Shown: positions 37,716-48,054, counted from the stretch's first letter. The stretch: 64,000 nucleotides of DNA from an uncultured Bacilli bacterium (GCA_947595215.1 CANQEO010000001.1:12823-76822); one strand, 5' to 3'. The notes: a model not told the origin generated them from the sequence alone. A program made the numbers and translations.

Positions 37716-38072
37716 CTAGAATTCTAAGCCGTTAGCACGGGCTGCATCGGCTAAAGCCTTGATACGTCCATGATAAAGATATCCGGAACGATCGAAGACT
37801 ACTTTTTTGATTCCTTTAGCGACTGCTAGTTTAGCGATATCTTCACCAACTTTTTTCGCCGCTTCAATATTGGAACCATTTTCTAATTTCAACGATAATG
37901 AAGAACTAGAAACAAGTGTAACACCCTTCATATCGTCGATTAATTGTGCATGAATGTGCGCATTTGAACGATAGACACTCAAGCGTGGACATTCGTTGGT
38001 ACCGCTGATTTTGCGTCTTACACGAGCGTGACGTCTCATACGGCTGACATTTTTTGATTCTTTTGTAATCAT
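37716..38072 (-). CDS. rplR: 50S ribosomal protein L18 (uL18)
   Basis: [15 protein letters not shown]...[19 protein letters not shown]. Confidence 0.97.
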   Translation of the reverse strand: MITKESKNVSRMRRHARVRRKISGTNECPRLSVYRSNAHIHAQLIDDMKGVTLVSSSSLSLKLENGSNIEAAKKVGEDIAKLAVAKGIKKVVFDRSGYLYHGRIKALADAARANGLEF

Positions 38073-38092
38073 ACTTATCCCCTTTCTTGAGT

Positions 38093-38635
38093 CTATTTCT
38101 TACCGGCGCGTTTTCCTTCTTTACGGAGGATGTATTCGCCTTTGTATTTGATACCTTTGCCTTTATAAGGTTCCGGTTCTCTAACTGCTCTAATTAAAGC
38201 AGCGGTTTGACCAACAGCTTGCGCATCGTAACCTTCAACGGTAATATTGACGTTATCAGCAACGGATACTTTAACTCCTGGCTCTGGTTTTAACACTACT
38301 TCGTGGGAGTACCCCATGTTGAGAACGATGTTTTCTCCTCTCATCGCAGCACGGTAACCGATACCGACGATTTCAAGTTGCTTTTTAAAGCCTTCACTAA
38401 CTCCGACAACCATGTTATTTAAGTTTGCACGGGCAGTGCCGTGAAGTTCTTTCATTCTTATTGAATCATTTGGACGCGCAACCTTTAATTGATCTCCTTC
38501 TAATTCAATCTTTAATTCAACTGGGAATTCTCTTTTTAAAGTTCCTTTTGGTCCTTTGACTTCAACGACATTTCCGTCAATTGAAACATTAACACCTGTT
38601 GGAACGACAATCGGTTTTCTTCCTACTCTAGACAT
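38093..38635 (-). CDS. rplF: 50S ribosomal protein L6 (uL6)
   Basis: [31 protein letters not shown]. Confidence 0.97.
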   Translation of the reverse strand: MSRVGRKPIVVPTGVNVSIDGNVVEVKGPKGTLKREFPVELKIELEGDQLKVARPNDSIRMKELHGTARANLNNMVVGVSEGFKKQLEIVGIGYRAAMRGENIVLNMGYSHEVVLKPEPGVKVSVADNVNITVEGYDAQAVGQTAALIRAVREPEPYKGKGIKYKGEYILRKEGKRAGKK

Positions 38636-38645
38636 ACATTACCTC

Positions 38646-39038
38646 CTACCACACATAGGCGATAACTTCGCCACCGACACCATTCTTACGGGCTTCTTTA
38701 TCAGTCATAACACCTTTTGAGGTAGAAATAACAGCGATACCTAAGCCATTTAAGACGCGTGGAAGTTTATCCGCCGGAACTGTAACGCGAAGACCTGGTT
38801 TTGAGATTTTCTTTAAACCAGAGATTGCTCTAGCTCCTTTATAACCATATTTAAGAGTGATGGTTAACACTTTTTTTACATCACCTTCGACTGCAAAGTC
38901 GACGATGAATCCTTCTTCTTTCAAAATTTCGGCAATGCGAACTTTCATGGTGGAAGAAGGCATTGAAACAGTTTCATCGTGATTTTGATTTGCATTACGG
39001 ATTCTTGTAAGCATATCCGCGATTGGATCTATCATCAT
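38646..39038 (-). CDS. rpsH: 30S ribosomal protein S8 (uS8)
   Basis: [15 protein letters not shown] is the canonical uS8 N-terminus. Confidence 0.97.
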   Translation of the reverse strand: MMIDPIADMLTRIRNANQNHDETVSMPSSTMKVRIAEILKEEGFIVDFAVEGDVKKVLTITLKYGYKGARAISGLKKISKPGLRVTVPADKLPRVLNGLGIAVISTSKGVMTDKEARKNGVGGEVIAYVW

Positions 39039-39056
39039 ACTTATCTTCCTCCTATT

Positions 39057-39242
39057 CTACCAACTGGATTTTTTCATACCCGGAATTTCGCCTTTATAAG
39101 CGAGTTCTCTAAGGCAGATACGGCATAAACCGAATTTTTTAATAACTGAGTGTGGACGTCCACAGCGTTCGCAACGAGTATATTCTCTCACTTTAAACTT
39201 TTGAGGACGATTGCAGCGAACAACGATTGATTTCTTTGCCAT
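39057..39242 (-). CDS. rpsZ: 30S ribosomal protein S14 type Z (zinc-binding, 61 aa)
   Basis: [20 protein letters not shown] carries the CxxC...CxxC motif. The short form is typical of spc operons. Confidence 0.96.
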   Translation of the reverse strand: MAKKSIVVRCNRPQKFKVREYTRCERCGRPHSVIKKFGLCRICLRELAYKGEIPGMKKSSW

Positions 39243-39254
39243 TTTTCTATCCTC

Positions 39255-39929
39255 CTATTTGTGGAACGGCATTCCTAACATTTCAAGAAGTGTGTAAGCT
39301 TCTTCGTCAGTGTTAGCGGTTGTGACAATAACAACGTCCATGCCTCTAGTCTTTGAAACTTTATCAAAATCGATCTCTGGGAAGATCAATTGTTCTTTAA
39401 CACCTAAGGTGTAGTTTCCTCTTCCGTCAAATGCATTTTTACTGACACCACGGAAATCTCTAACGCGTGGAAGTGAAATGGTGACTAACTTGTCGAGGAA
39501 TTCATACATTCTCGCGCCTCTTAATGTTACTTTACATCCGATTGGCATACCTTCTCTTAATTTAAAGGAAGCGACGGATTTCTTAGCTTTGGTAACCACT
39601 GGTTTTTGACCGGTAATTTCAGCTAATTCACGAACTGAGTCGTCGAGTAATTTTGAATTTGAAGTCGCATCTCCAACACCGACATTTAAGACGATCTTTT
39701 CGAGATGTGGAACTTGCATGATTGATTTGTAATTGTACTTGCTCATTAAGGCTGGTACGATTTCATCATCATATTTTTTCTTTAAGCGAGCGACATATTT
39801 GTTTTCGTCGACTACTTTCTTGGCTTTTGGAGCCGCTTTTGGTTCGGCCTTAGCCTTAGGAGTCGCTTTCTTGGCTGCTGGTTTTTTGACTTCTTCAGCT
39901 GCTGCTGTGGTTTTCTTTGCTGTTGCCAT
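39255..39929 (-). CDS. rplE: 50S ribosomal protein L5 (uL5) with a 45-aa Lys/Ala/Pro-rich N-terminal extension
   Basis: The core starts at [21 protein letters not shown]. It is preceded by [47 protein letters not shown] strong RBS (GGAGG + 9 nt) serves the upstream ATG, and there is no Met at the canonical start. Confidence 0.95.
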   Translation of the reverse strand: MATAKKTTAAAEEVKKPAAKKATPKAKAEPKAAPKAKKVVDENKYVARLKKKYDDEIVPALMSKYNYKSIMQVPHLEKIVLNVGVGDATSNSKLLDDSVRELAEITGQKPVVTKAKKSVASFKLREGMPIGCKVTLRGARMYEFLDKLVTISLPRVRDFRGVSKNAFDGRGNYTLGVKEQLIFPEIDFDKVSKTRGMDVVIVTTANTDEEAYTLLEMLGMPFHK

Positions 39930-39943
39930 TACTCACTACCTCC

Positions 39944-40252
39944 TTAATCTAACTTAGTGCCACTCTTTTTGGTGACACGAACTTTTTTACCATCGATGAT
40001 TTGATAAGACACTCTAGTAGCTTTCTTAGCTTTAGCGTCATAGATAGCGACGTTAGAAGCATCGATTGGTGCATACATTTCAACGATAGAGCCTTCAGCG
40101 TTATTTTGTCTTGGTTTTTGATGTTTTTTGACTAAGTTAACACCATCAACTACAACTCTATTTAATTTTGGAAATGCCTTTTGGACAACTCCAACTTTAC
40201 CCTTATCAGCGCCTGCGATAACGATAACTTTATCACCTTTTTTTACTCTCAT
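39944..40252 (-). CDS. rplX: 50S ribosomal protein L24 (uL24)
   Basis: [21 protein letters not shown] contains a KOW motif. Confidence 0.97.
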   Translation of the reverse strand: MRVKKGDKVIVIAGADKGKVGVVQKAFPKLNRVVVDGVNLVKKHQKPRQNNAEGSIVEMYAPIDASNVAIYDAKAKKATRVSYQIIDGKKVRVTKKSGTKLD

Positions 40253-40263
40253 GATGAACCTCC

Positions 40264-40638
40264 TTATAAAACCTCAGGAGCCAAGGAGACAATTTTCATG
40301 AATCCTTCACCCTTGTCACGAAGTTCGCGGGCAATTGGTCCGAAAACTCTGGTTCCGCGAGGAGATCCGTCTTCGTTAATTAAAACGATGGCATTATCAT
40401 CAAAGCGGACATAAGAACCATCTGGTCTATTAATTCCTTTTTTGGTTCTGACGATGACGCCTTTAACGACATCACCTTTCTTGATTTTACCATTTGGAAT
40501 CGCCGCTTTGACCGCACATAAGACAATATCTCCGATCGAAGCGGATTTACGGTGACTTCCGCCATATAAACGGAAGATACGAACCGATTTGGCACCGGAA
40601 TTATCGGCTACCACTAAATTTGTTTCAGTTTGAACCAT
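40264..40638 (-). CDS. rplN: 50S ribosomal protein L14 (uL14)
   Basis: [19 protein letters not shown]... is the canonical uL14 sequence. Confidence 0.97.
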   Translation of the reverse strand: MVQTETNLVVADNSGAKSVRIFRLYGGSHRKSASIGDIVLCAVKAAIPNGKIKKGDVVKGVIVRTKKGINRPDGSYVRFDDNAIVLINEDGSPRGTRVFGPIARELRDKGEGFMKIVSLAPEVL

Positions 40639-40655
40639 ATTCGTTTGTCCTCCCT

Positions 40656-40922
40656 TTATTTGACGTCTTCAGCCTTCATAACGACATTTAAGAGACGGAA
40701 GTGCTTGGTCGCTGATAATGGACGAGTTTCCATAATCGCGACGACATCACCCATCTTAGCTTCGTTGTTTTCGTCATGAGCTTTATACTTTTTGGAATAT
40801 TTAACGCGTTTTCCATATTTTGGATGGCGTTTGTGTGTTTCGATTAAAACCGTGATGGTTTTATCCATTTTGTCGGAGACAACTACACCTTGTAGGACTC
40901 TTCTTGTTTTTCTTTCTTCCAT
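40656..40922 (-). CDS. rpsQ: 30S ribosomal protein S17 (uS17)
   Basis: [34 protein letters not shown]. Confidence 0.97.
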   Translation of the reverse strand: MEERKTRRVLQGVVVSDKMDKTITVLIETHKRHPKYGKRVKYSKKYKAHDENNEAKMGDVVAIMETRPLSATKHFRLLNVVMKAEDVK

Positions 40923-40936
40923 GATTTAGTTCCTCC

Positions 40937-41137
40937 TTAGTTAAGTCCGATCTCGCGTTCTTTTAAAACTGTATAGATGCGAGCGATGGTCTTACGAATT
41001 TCGGTTAATTTTTTACCATTTTCGAGTTGGCCAGTTGCATGTTGGAAACGAAGGGACATTAACTCTTGTTTCAATTCATATGCCTTCTCGTTGAGTTCTT
41101 CATTTGAAAGTTCTCTGATTTCATTTAATTTCATCAT
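40937..41137 (-). CDS. rpmC: 50S ribosomal protein L29 (uL29)
   Basis: [29 protein letters not shown]. Confidence 0.96.
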   Translation of the reverse strand: MMKLNEIRELSNEELNEKAYELKQELMSLRFQHATGQLENGKKLTEIRKTIARIYTVLKEREIGLN

Positions 41138-41139
41138 GA

Positions 41140-41556
41140 TTACTCACCTTTTCCTTTCGCAACGATGCGTGTTTTGAGTGGGAGTTTGTAGCTTGCTAAG
41201 CGTAAAGCTTCGCGAGCGACTTCTTCAGGAACTCCAGCGATTTCAAACATCACGCGGCCTGTTTTTACAATGGCAACCCATGAATCTGGGCTACCTTTAC
41301 CAGATCCCATACGAACTTCCGCTGGTTTCTTAGTTTTTGCTAAGTGTGGGAAGATTCTAATCCAGATCTGACCAGTTCTTTTTGTGTAACGAGCGAGGAC
41401 GATACGAGCGGCCTCGATTTGACGCGAATTAATCTCATTACCCGAGATAGCTTGGAGACCAAATTCACCAAATGATACTTCGTTACCAGCTTTTGATAAG
41501 CCTTCGTATTTGATTCCATGAGGTCTTCTGTATTTAACTCTCTTTGGTTGTAACAT
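41140..41556 (-). CDS. rplP: 50S ribosomal protein L16 (uL16)
   Basis: [19 protein letters not shown] is the canonical sequence. Confidence 0.98.
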   Translation of the reverse strand: MLQPKRVKYRRPHGIKYEGLSKAGNEVSFGEFGLQAISGNEINSRQIEAARIVLARYTKRTGQIWIRIFPHLAKTKKPAEVRMGSGKGSPDSWVAIVKTGRVMFEIAGVPEEVAREALRLASYKLPLKTRIVAKGKGE

Positions 41557-41562
41557 CGTGAA

Positions 41563-42240
41563 CTACTCTCCTTTCTTTTGTTCGGGTTTCGCATTTAAAT
41601 TGACGACACCACGGGAGATCCAAACTTTAACGCCTAATCTACCATAGGTGGTGTGTGCTTCTGCTAAAGCATAATCGACATCTTGACGAAGTGTATGAAG
41701 AGAAACAACACCTTCTTTATAACCTTCGCTACGAGCGATATCAGCACCGGCTAAACGACCAGAAACCATTGTTTTGCAACCGACCGCACCGGCTTTTAGA
41801 ACTCTTTGAATCGCTTTCTTTTGAACGTTTCTAAATGAAGCACGATCTTCAAGTTGCTTAGCGATATCTTGAGCGATGATGTTAGCATCGAGTGAAGGAT
41901 TCTTCACTTCGACGACGACAAGTTTAACTTCTTTCTTAGCTTTGGCGCCTTTGTTAACTAGCTTAGTTATCAATTTATTGAGTTCTTTAATGCGAGCACC
42001 ATCTTGTCCGAGGACCATACCCGGACGAGCGGTGAAAATCATAACATTGATAACTTCTTTGATTCTCTCAATCTCAATGTGTGAGAGTAAAGAGTCTTTT
42101 AATTCTTTAGTGAGATATTTTCTGATTTCAATATCTTCTTTCAAGAAGGTAGCATAGTCTTTCTTGCTAGCATACCATCTAGAATTCCAGTCACGGCTGA
42201 CACCGATTCTCATTCCTACCGGATTAACTTTTTGACCCAT
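41563..42240 (-). CDS. rpsC: 30S ribosomal protein S3 (uS3)
   Basis: MGQKVNPVGMRIGVSRDWNSRWYA. Confidence 0.98.
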   Translation of the reverse strand: MGQKVNPVGMRIGVSRDWNSRWYASKKDYATFLKEDIEIRKYLTKELKDSLLSHIEIERIKEVINVMIFTARPGMVLGQDGARIKELNKLITKLVNKGAKAKKEVKLVVVEVKNPSLDANIIAQDIAKQLEDRASFRNVQKKAIQRVLKAGAVGCKTMVSGRLAGADIARSEGYKEGVVSLHTLRQDVDYALAEAHTTYGRLGVKVWISRGVVNLNAKPEQKKGE

Positions 42241-42249
42241 ATGCCCCTC

Positions 42250-42582
42250 CTATCTTTCTTTTACCACACATGTGATGTGGCAGGTTCTTTTAACGAGTGA
42301 CGAAGCGGAACCTTTCGCTCTCGGGAGATATCTCTTAAGACGTGGACCATCACCAGCATAAATTTCGGCGATGTATAATTTTGATTCGTCCATCTTATTG
42401 TTATTAACTGCATTTGCAGCAGCACTCTTAATCAATTTGACTACTGGAGCAGTAGCGGATTTGTTAACGTTAGCAAGAATTCCTAACGCTTCAGCGACAT
42501 CCTTACCTCTTACTAAGTCGATTACTAAGCGTGCTTTTCTTGGAGTGACGCGCACTCCGGTTGCTTTTGCCATTGCTTGCAT
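42250..42582 (-). CDS. rplV: 50S ribosomal protein L22 (uL22)
   Basis: AKATGVRVTPRKARLVIDLVRGK. GGAGG lies 8 nt upstream of the ATG at 42582. Confidence 0.96.
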   Translation of the reverse strand: MQAMAKATGVRVTPRKARLVIDLVRGKDVAEALGILANVNKSATAPVVKLIKSAAANAVNNNKMDESKLYIAEIYAGDGPRLKRYLPRAKGSASSLVKRTCHITCVVKER

Positions 42583-42587
42583 CTTAA

Positions 42588-42884
42588 TTACCTCCGAGCG
42601 GCCGCAGCAGCTTTATCTTCTGCTGTGTGACCGGTATGTCCTTTATAGGTACGGGTAGGAGCAAATTCTCCTAACTTATGTCCGACCATATCTTCCGTGA
42701 CGTAAACGGTGATAAATTCATGACCGTTATAAACAGCGAAAGAGTGTTCAATGAATTGTGGAAAAATTGTCGATCTACGTGACCAAGTTTTAATTAACTC
42801 TTTTTTTCCAGAGGCATTTAATGCTTCGACTTTTTTCATTAAATGATCATCGACGAAAGCGCCTTTTTTCAAACTACGAGCCAT
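42588..42884 (-). CDS. rpsS: 30S ribosomal protein S19 (uS19)
   Basis: [20 protein letters not shown]...[24 protein letters not shown]. Confidence 0.98.
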   Translation of the reverse strand: MARSLKKGAFVDDHLMKKVEALNASGKKELIKTWSRRSTIFPQFIEHSFAVYNGHEFITVYVTEDMVGHKLGEFAPTRTYKGHTGHTAEDKAAAAARR

Positions 42885-42903
42885 ATTTCCTTACCTCTCT
42901 TTC

Positions 42904-43737
42904 CTATTTACCATTACGTCTTCTGACGATTAATTTATTGCTAGCTTTCTTAGTGTCACGTGTCTTAACACCGAGAGCTTTCTTACCCCATGGGGTACGC
43001 GGAGCGCTACGGCCAACCGGTGATTTACCTTCACCACCACCATGTGGGTGGTCATTAGGATTCATGACAGAACCACGAACAGTTGGGCGAACGCCTAACC
43101 ATCTTGTTTTACCTGCTTTACCGAGATTAATTAAGTTATAGTCTTCATTACCGACAACACCGATAGTGGCACGGCATTTTGCTAAAACTTTTCTAACTTC
43201 TCCAGAAGCGAGACGAACAAGAACATATTTGCCTTCTTTACCAAGGACTTGTGCGGAAGTACCGGCAGCGCGGCAAAGTTGTCCACCCTTACCCGGATTT
43301 AATTCCACATTGTGAACCATGGTACCTTCAGGAATGTTTCCTAATTCCATCGCATTACCGACTTTGATATCAGCTGCGACACCTGAGATGACGATATCGC
43401 CAACTTCAATGCCTTTTGGAGCGATGATGTATCTCTTTTCACCATCAACATAAGCAACTAAGCAAATGTTGGCATTTCTGTTTGGATCGTATTCAATTGT
43501 TTTGATTTTTCCGGGAATCTCATCCTTATTTCTCTTGAAATCGATGATTCTATATTTTCTTTTGTGACCACCGCCGATGTGGCGTGTCGTAATCATACCG
43601 GTGTTGTTACGACCTCCAGTTTTTGAAAGTGAAACTAATAAGCTTTTTTCAGGAGTACTAGTAGTGATTTCGCTAAACGTAGAGTTGGTCATATGGCGAC
43701 GAGACGGAGTCGTCGGCTTATAACTTCTAATTGGCAT
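42904..43737 (-). CDS. rplB: 50S ribosomal protein L2 (uL2)
   Basis: 277 aa. [26 protein letters not shown]...[12 protein letters not shown]. Confidence 0.98.
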   Translation of the reverse strand: MPIRSYKPTTPSRRHMTNSTFSEITTSTPEKSLLVSLSKTGGRNNTGMITTRHIGGGHKRKYRIIDFKRNKDEIPGKIKTIEYDPNRNANICLVAYVDGEKRYIIAPKGIEVGDIVISGVAADIKVGNAMELGNIPEGTMVHNVELNPGKGGQLCRAAGTSAQVLGKEGKYVLVRLASGEVRKVLAKCRATIGVVGNEDYNLINLGKAGKTRWLGVRPTVRGSVMNPNDHPHGGGEGKSPVGRSAPRTPWGKKALGVKTRDTKKASNKLIVRRRNGK

Positions 43738-43777
43738 TTTTTCTTTCTCCTATATTTAATTAATAGCCTTTAATGGC

Positions 43778-44125
43778 TTATTCACTGACAACGTTGAGGT
43801 TTTCAGATGGATCAAGAGTGACTATAGCTTTCTTGTATCCGCTGATTGAACCTTCATAACGTCCCATTCTCTTGGCTCTTGGGCCAACATTCATGACCTT
43901 GACATCAATAACTTTGACATTGAAGATCGCTTCAAACGCGAGTTTAATTTGAACTTTGTTCGCGTCTTTTTTAACGACTACGGTTATTTTGTTTTGTTCT
44001 TTTTGAAGATTCATCGTTTTTTCGGTAACGATTGGTTTTACGATGACATCGAAGTCTCCTGTTTGTGGAGCCGCATATTTTCTTTCTTCGACGACTTCTT
44101 CAACAGCTTTCTTTGCTTTAGCCAT
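43778..44125 (-). CDS. rplW: 50S ribosomal protein L23 (uL23) with about 22 aa of charged N-terminal extension
   Basis: The core is DVIVKPIVTEKTMNL..., preceded by MAKAKKAVEEVVEERKYAAPQT. The ATG overlaps the rplD stop (TAATG), with GGAGG 10 nt upstream. Confidence 0.95.
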   Translation of the reverse strand: MAKAKKAVEEVVEERKYAAPQTGDFDVIVKPIVTEKTMNLQKEQNKITVVVKKDANKVQIKLAFEAIFNVKVIDVKVMNVGPRAKRMGRYEGSISGYKKAIVTLDPSENLNVVSE

Positions 44126-44769
44126 TATTTAAGTTCCTCCTCAACTGCTTTGATTGCATCGAGAGTCATCACTACACTATCAGCATTTAAGATGTCATAG
44201 ACACATAAATTGTTGAAGCCTGTGATTATTACACCCGGGATATTACGGGCAGAAGCAACGAAGTTATCGTTATCTTCAGCGATGACAAACAAAGTCTTTT
44301 CTTTTGCATTGATGTTTTTCATAACTTTGACCATCTCCTTAGTTTTTGGAGCGTCGAAGTTGAATGCATCGACAACAATCATATCTTTATCGTTAACCTT
44401 GAGGGTTAAAGCAGATCTAACTGCGAGATTGTGTGACTTTTTGTTCATTTCTAATTTGAAGTTTTGGTTGCCTTTTGGACCAAAGACGATACCACCATGT
44501 CTCCATAAAGGCGAACGAGTGGAACCAGCTCTAGCACGTCCGGTACCTTTTTGACGGAATGGTTTTTTACCGCCGCCTGAAACTTCAGCTCTAGTCTTGG
44601 TCTTAGCTGTCGCTTGTCTCATATTCGCTTGATAAACCTGAACGGCATCGAACATGACTTGGTTGTTAACTTCACAAGCGAAGACATCACTACTTAAGCT
44701 AACTTTGCTAACTTCTTCACCAGCTTGATTGACGACTGGCAAAGTTACTGTATTTGCTTTTTTTGCCAT
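44125..44769 (-). CDS. rplD: 50S ribosomal protein L4 (uL4)
   Basis: KTRAEVSGGGKKPFRQKGTGRARAGSTRSPLWRHGG. Confidence 0.98.
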   Translation of the reverse strand: MAKKANTVTLPVVNQAGEEVSKVSLSSDVFACEVNNQVMFDAVQVYQANMRQATAKTKTRAEVSGGGKKPFRQKGTGRARAGSTRSPLWRHGGIVFGPKGNQNFKLEMNKKSHNLAVRSALTLKVNDKDMIVVDAFNFDAPKTKEMVKVMKNINAKEKTLFVIAEDNDNFVASARNIPGVIITGFNNLCVYDILNADSVVMTLDAIKAVEEELK

Positions 44770-44794
44770 TTCTAATTCTCCTTTCCGTTACAGG

Positions 44795-45481
44795 TTATTC
44801 ATTACCTTGAGAAGCGGAATAGTTGACTAAGTCTTTAACTTTTTCAACGTTCTTTTGAGCCTTGACGGCTGTTCTCAAAGTGACAATTGATTTTTTAGGT
44901 CCTGGAACCGCACCTTTAACTAAGATGGCATTCTTTTCGGCATCGACTGCGACAACGAGAAGATTTAAGATTGTAGCGCTATTTCCACCAGCGTGACCAG
45001 CCATTTTCTTACCTGGGTGGACACGGTTATTGCATCTACCATTAGTAGCGAATGATCCTGGACCTCTATGGTAACCAGATCCGTGACCTTTTGGACCAAT
45101 GGTGTAGTGCCAACGTTTAATAGCACCTGTAAAACCTTTTCCTTTACTAGTTCCGATAACATCGATTACATCACCGGCTTTAAAGATATCTGCTTTAACT
45201 TCTTGACCGACTTCGTATTTCATCTCGTCTCCAGTTAACTCTTTGAGTTCATATTTTGGAGAGACGCCAGCTTTCTTAAAGATACCTAATTCTGCTTTGT
45301 TGCAACGATTTTCTTTCTTTTCTTCATAACCGACTTGAATCGCATCATATCCATCTTTTTCTTTTGTTTTTACTTGAGTGACGACATTTGGTAAAACTTC
45401 AATGACGGTGACAGGATACATTTTTCCGTCCGTACTGAATACTTGGGTCATCCCCATTTTACGTCCTACGATTGATTTCAT
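44795..45481 (-). CDS. rplC: 50S ribosomal protein L3 (uL3)
   Basis: MKSIVGRKMGMTQVF...GKGFTGAIKRWHY. Confidence 0.98.
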   Translation of the reverse strand: MKSIVGRKMGMTQVFSTDGKMYPVTVIEVLPNVVTQVKTKEKDGYDAIQVGYEEKKENRCNKAELGIFKKAGVSPKYELKELTGDEMKYEVGQEVKADIFKAGDVIDVIGTSKGKGFTGAIKRWHYTIGPKGHGSGYHRGPGSFATNGRCNNRVHPGKKMAGHAGGNSATILNLLVVAVDAEKNAILVKGAVPGPKKSIVTLRTAVKAQKNVEKVKDLVNYSASQGNE

Positions 45482-45495
45482 CGTTTCCTGCCTCC

Positions 45496-45804
45496 TTATA
45501 ATTTAATTTCGATATCAACACCACTTGGCAAATCCAAACGAGTTAAAGTATCGATGGTTTGCTTATTTGGATTGATGATATCGATCAATCTCTTGTGAGT
45601 TCTGATTTCGAACTGTTCTCTTGCGTCCTTATATTTGTGGACCGCTCTTAAAATTGTATAGACTTGTTTCTCCGTTGGGAGTGGGATTGGACCAACTACT
45701 GTGGCTCCCGTGTTTTTGGCCGCTTGAACGATCTTTTCGACTGATAAATCCAAGATTTTGTGATCATATGCCTTTAAGCGGACTCTAATCTTTTTATTTG
45801 CCAT
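45496..45804 (-). CDS. rpsJ: 30S ribosomal protein S10 (uS10)
   Basis: [22 protein letters not shown]...[14 protein letters not shown]-type sequence. It is the first gene of the cluster. Confidence 0.98.
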   Translation of the reverse strand: MANKKIRVRLKAYDHKILDLSVEKIVQAAKNTGATVVGPIPLPTEKQVYTILRAVHKYKDAREQFEIRTHKRLIDIINPNKQTIDTLTRLDLPSGVDIEIKL

Positions 45805-45922
45805 AAATTTCCTCCTTGTCTAAATCTGGCTAGACATTACGCTCCATGGAAGTTCCCCTATGACAACTGATGTCGGTGTTCAGCAATCTTCCACTTCATA
45901 GCGCACGTTAAAAAGCGTCGAC
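45805..45922 (-). promoter_or_regulatory. structured 5' leader of the S10 operon (possible r-protein autoregulatory leader)
   Basis: A locally GC-richer 5' UTR of about 115 nt. On the minus strand CGCU-[AUGAA]-GUGGAAG pairs with CUUCCAU-[GG]-AGCG (plus-strand coordinates 45840-45903). A second small hairpin, GUCUA-GCCAGAUU-UAGAC, lies immediately before the AAGGAGG RBS. Confidence 0.4.
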
Positions 45923-45928
45923 TTCAAC

Positions 45929-45958
45929 ATTCTACCTAATGTCATATGCATAAGTCAA
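45929..45958 (-). promoter_or_regulatory. sigma-A-type promoter of the S10 operon
   Basis: On the minus strand: TTGACT (45958-45953), an 18-nt spacer, then TAGAAT (45934-45929). Confidence 0.6.
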
Positions 45959-46280
45959 CAAATTTTAAATAAATTTTAATATATGTTCAAAATCTATTTT
46001 TTAGACGATTTTACTATATCCTTAATTTAATATATAAGAATTACAAAACCACTCTATTAACAAAATTTTTCAATTGATTTATATATATTCATGGAAACTT
46101 TAATATCTAATTTGTCAGAACACTTAACATAAATTAAACATTCTAATTGATTTATGGAAAGACTTTCTTATTATAAATTTCTAATATATACAAACAAAAA
46201 ATTCCATAAGTATTATAAAGTTGCTATATTTAGTTCTATAGTTATATAGAATATTTTTATTAATTTACAACTATAAGATT

Positions 46281-46327
46281 AAATTAAAAGTCAAACTTTT
46301 GCAAAATTGAATTTTGCTTAGTTTGAC
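46281..46327 (-). terminator. Rho-independent terminator of the ClpP/T4CP-like operon
   Basis: On the minus strand there is a compound hairpin: GUCAAAC-UAA-GCAAAAU-UCA-AUUUUGC-AAAA-GUUUGAC. It is followed by UUUUAAUUUAAU, 24 nt after the stop codon. Confidence 0.7.
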
Positions 46328-46350
46328 ATATAAGTTTTTCGATTTATCTA

Positions 46351-48054
46351 TTACCAGTCCTCATTGAATTTTGTTCTATATGACATTAGTTTAGAAATAT
46401 CATAATCGTATTTTGAGTCGTATGGATTAATCTTAGATTGATATTCAAATACATCATCTTTTTCGTAATTAGAAAACTCTTCACAACGATAAAACCTTTG
46501 TAATTTGCTTTTTAAAACATAGGGACAATTAGCTTCAGTAATAATGCATTCCCCTTCTTTTAAATATGCTAAATCGCTTTTGGGTATGAGCGGAATAGTT
46601 TCTATGCTGATATCAGTCAATTTTTCTCCTTGACCTTTTAAAGCACATATCGGAGATATGCGTGTATATTCGCCACATTCTCTTTTAAACGCTTCCAATG
46701 TTTCTGGATTATTACTACCTAAGAAAATATGAATATTAAGATTATCTCTAATAATAGTGGCTACATTTTTGCCATAAACATTATCTAATTGAGCATAAGA
46801 TTGAATTATCAAAATAAAGAAAATATTTCTTCCTCGACATGCTGATATCGTAGTGTCCAGATCAATTATAGGTGGAAAATTGCCAAATTCATCAAGAATA
46901 AAATAAAATGGTTTATCTAATTTTCCGGTTTTCAATCTACTTACATTTTCAATTAAAAAATTATATGCACTTTGAACAAAAAGACTAATCATTTGATAAT
47001 GTGTTTTAATCTCATCATGATAATCAATAAAGATAGCAACTTTATCTTCTAAAAGAACATTTAAATCGAATGAATTACAACTAGTGATAGTTTGAATCGT
47101 ACTATTCTTCATGACCGCTAACTTTGATTGGAAGGTAGTCATATAACTAGATCGAGTTCTTTCCGCACAATCAAAAGGTCCCCTTGAAAATAAATACGCT
47201 TTTGAATTGTGCGGTCTTCTAGAGAAGTATCCCCTATCGAAGTTTAATGGATTTTCATTCGAACCCATACCATCAAAACTAGCAAGAATCTTAAAAATTG
47301 TGCTGAACGAGAAAGTATCTTCAGTAATCCTCTCAAAAGAACTCTCATCAAGTTTTGAATCTTCAAGCATTGCCCATAAGAAAGATTTTAAGATATCTCT
47401 GGCACCCAAATCCCAAACCATATCATGCTTATCATCAATTGTGATAAGCATATTAGCCATGTGATCAATTTTATTACCAACCTCAGAAAGCATTAATTTT
47501 TTTTCAAATTGCGCATTTTTTTCTGCTTCTTTCAAAGTATCGTAAATCTTATCTTGAAAGCGATACTTGATACGTTGATTAATAGTTACTCTTTCAATTT
47601 CCTTAGTAACATCAAAAGCACGTTGATATTCTCGGTATATCGGAGTTAACGGATTCCAATATTCGCTGTGACGATGATCTCTAAAATTTAATAGATAAAC
47701 TTTATACCCTTCTTTACGCAGTTTTTTTGCAGTAATCCGATAGTTTTCTCCTTTAGGATCCGAAATAACCATGCTCTTTTTTATCGCTTGACTTGCAAAC
47801 GATAAAATGGTTGGAATGACATACGATGTGGTCTTTCCTAATCCAGTTGCCGAAATTACCGCAACATGGCAATCATTTTTTGAATATTTTTGCATAAGTT
47901 CTCCATTAATGGAAAAACTCGCTTTCAATACACCATTCATTTTGCATTTAGGAAGATCTTTAAAAGAGACTAACTCGTCTCTATCGAGTTCATTATATGA
48001 AACGAGTTTTTGATTTTCATGCCCTTTTATTAATTCACTGATTTCCTTATACAT
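46351..48054 (-). CDS. VirD4/TraG-like type IV coupling protein-family ATPase, soluble (no N-terminal TM segment), 567 aa
   Basis: Walker A context NDCHVAVISATGLGKTTSYVIPTIL; Walker B FYFILDEFGNFPPI; then IFFILIIQSYAQLDNVYGKNVATIIRDNLNIHIFLGSNNPETLEAFKRECG. These are the hallmark T4CP blocks. The start is set at the ATG at 48054 (GGAGG + 8 nt). It overlaps the upstream stop by 8 nt (ATGTATAA). There is no hydrophobic N-terminus. Confidence 0.8.
   Translation of the reverse strand: MYKEISELIKGHENQKLVSYNELDRDELVSFKDLPKCKMNGVLKASFSINGELMQKYSKNDCHVAVISATGLGKTTSYVIPTILSFASQAIKKSMVISDPKGENYRITAKKLRKEGYKVYLLNFRDHRHSEYWNPLTPIYREYQRAFDVTKEIERVTINQRIKYRFQDKIYDTLKEAEKNAQFEKKLMLSEVGNKIDHMANMLITIDDKHDMVWDLGARDILKSFLWAMLEDSKLDESSFERITEDTFSFSTIFKILASFDGMGSNENPLNFDRGYFSRRPHNSKAYLFSRGPFDCAERTRSSYMTTFQSKLAVMKNSTIQTITSCNSFDLNVLLEDKVAIFIDYHDEIKTHYQMISLFVQSAYNFLIENVSRLKTGKLDKPFYFILDEFGNFPPIIDLDTTISACRGRNIFFILIIQSYAQLDNVYGKNVATIIRDNLNIHIFLGSNNPETLEAFKRECGEYTRISPICALKGQGEKLTDISIETIPLIPKSDLAYLKEGECIITEANCPYVLKSKLQRFYRCEEFSNYEKDDVFEYQSKINPYDSKYDYDISKLMSYRTKFNEDW

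Noticed and set aside
46351-48054. T4CP-like gene as evidence of an integrative conjugative element
   Set aside because: No relaxase, VirB4/TraE, integrase or transposase gene and no flanking direct repeats were found in the window. The protein also lacks the membrane anchor. It is therefore treated as an orphan or exapted motor.
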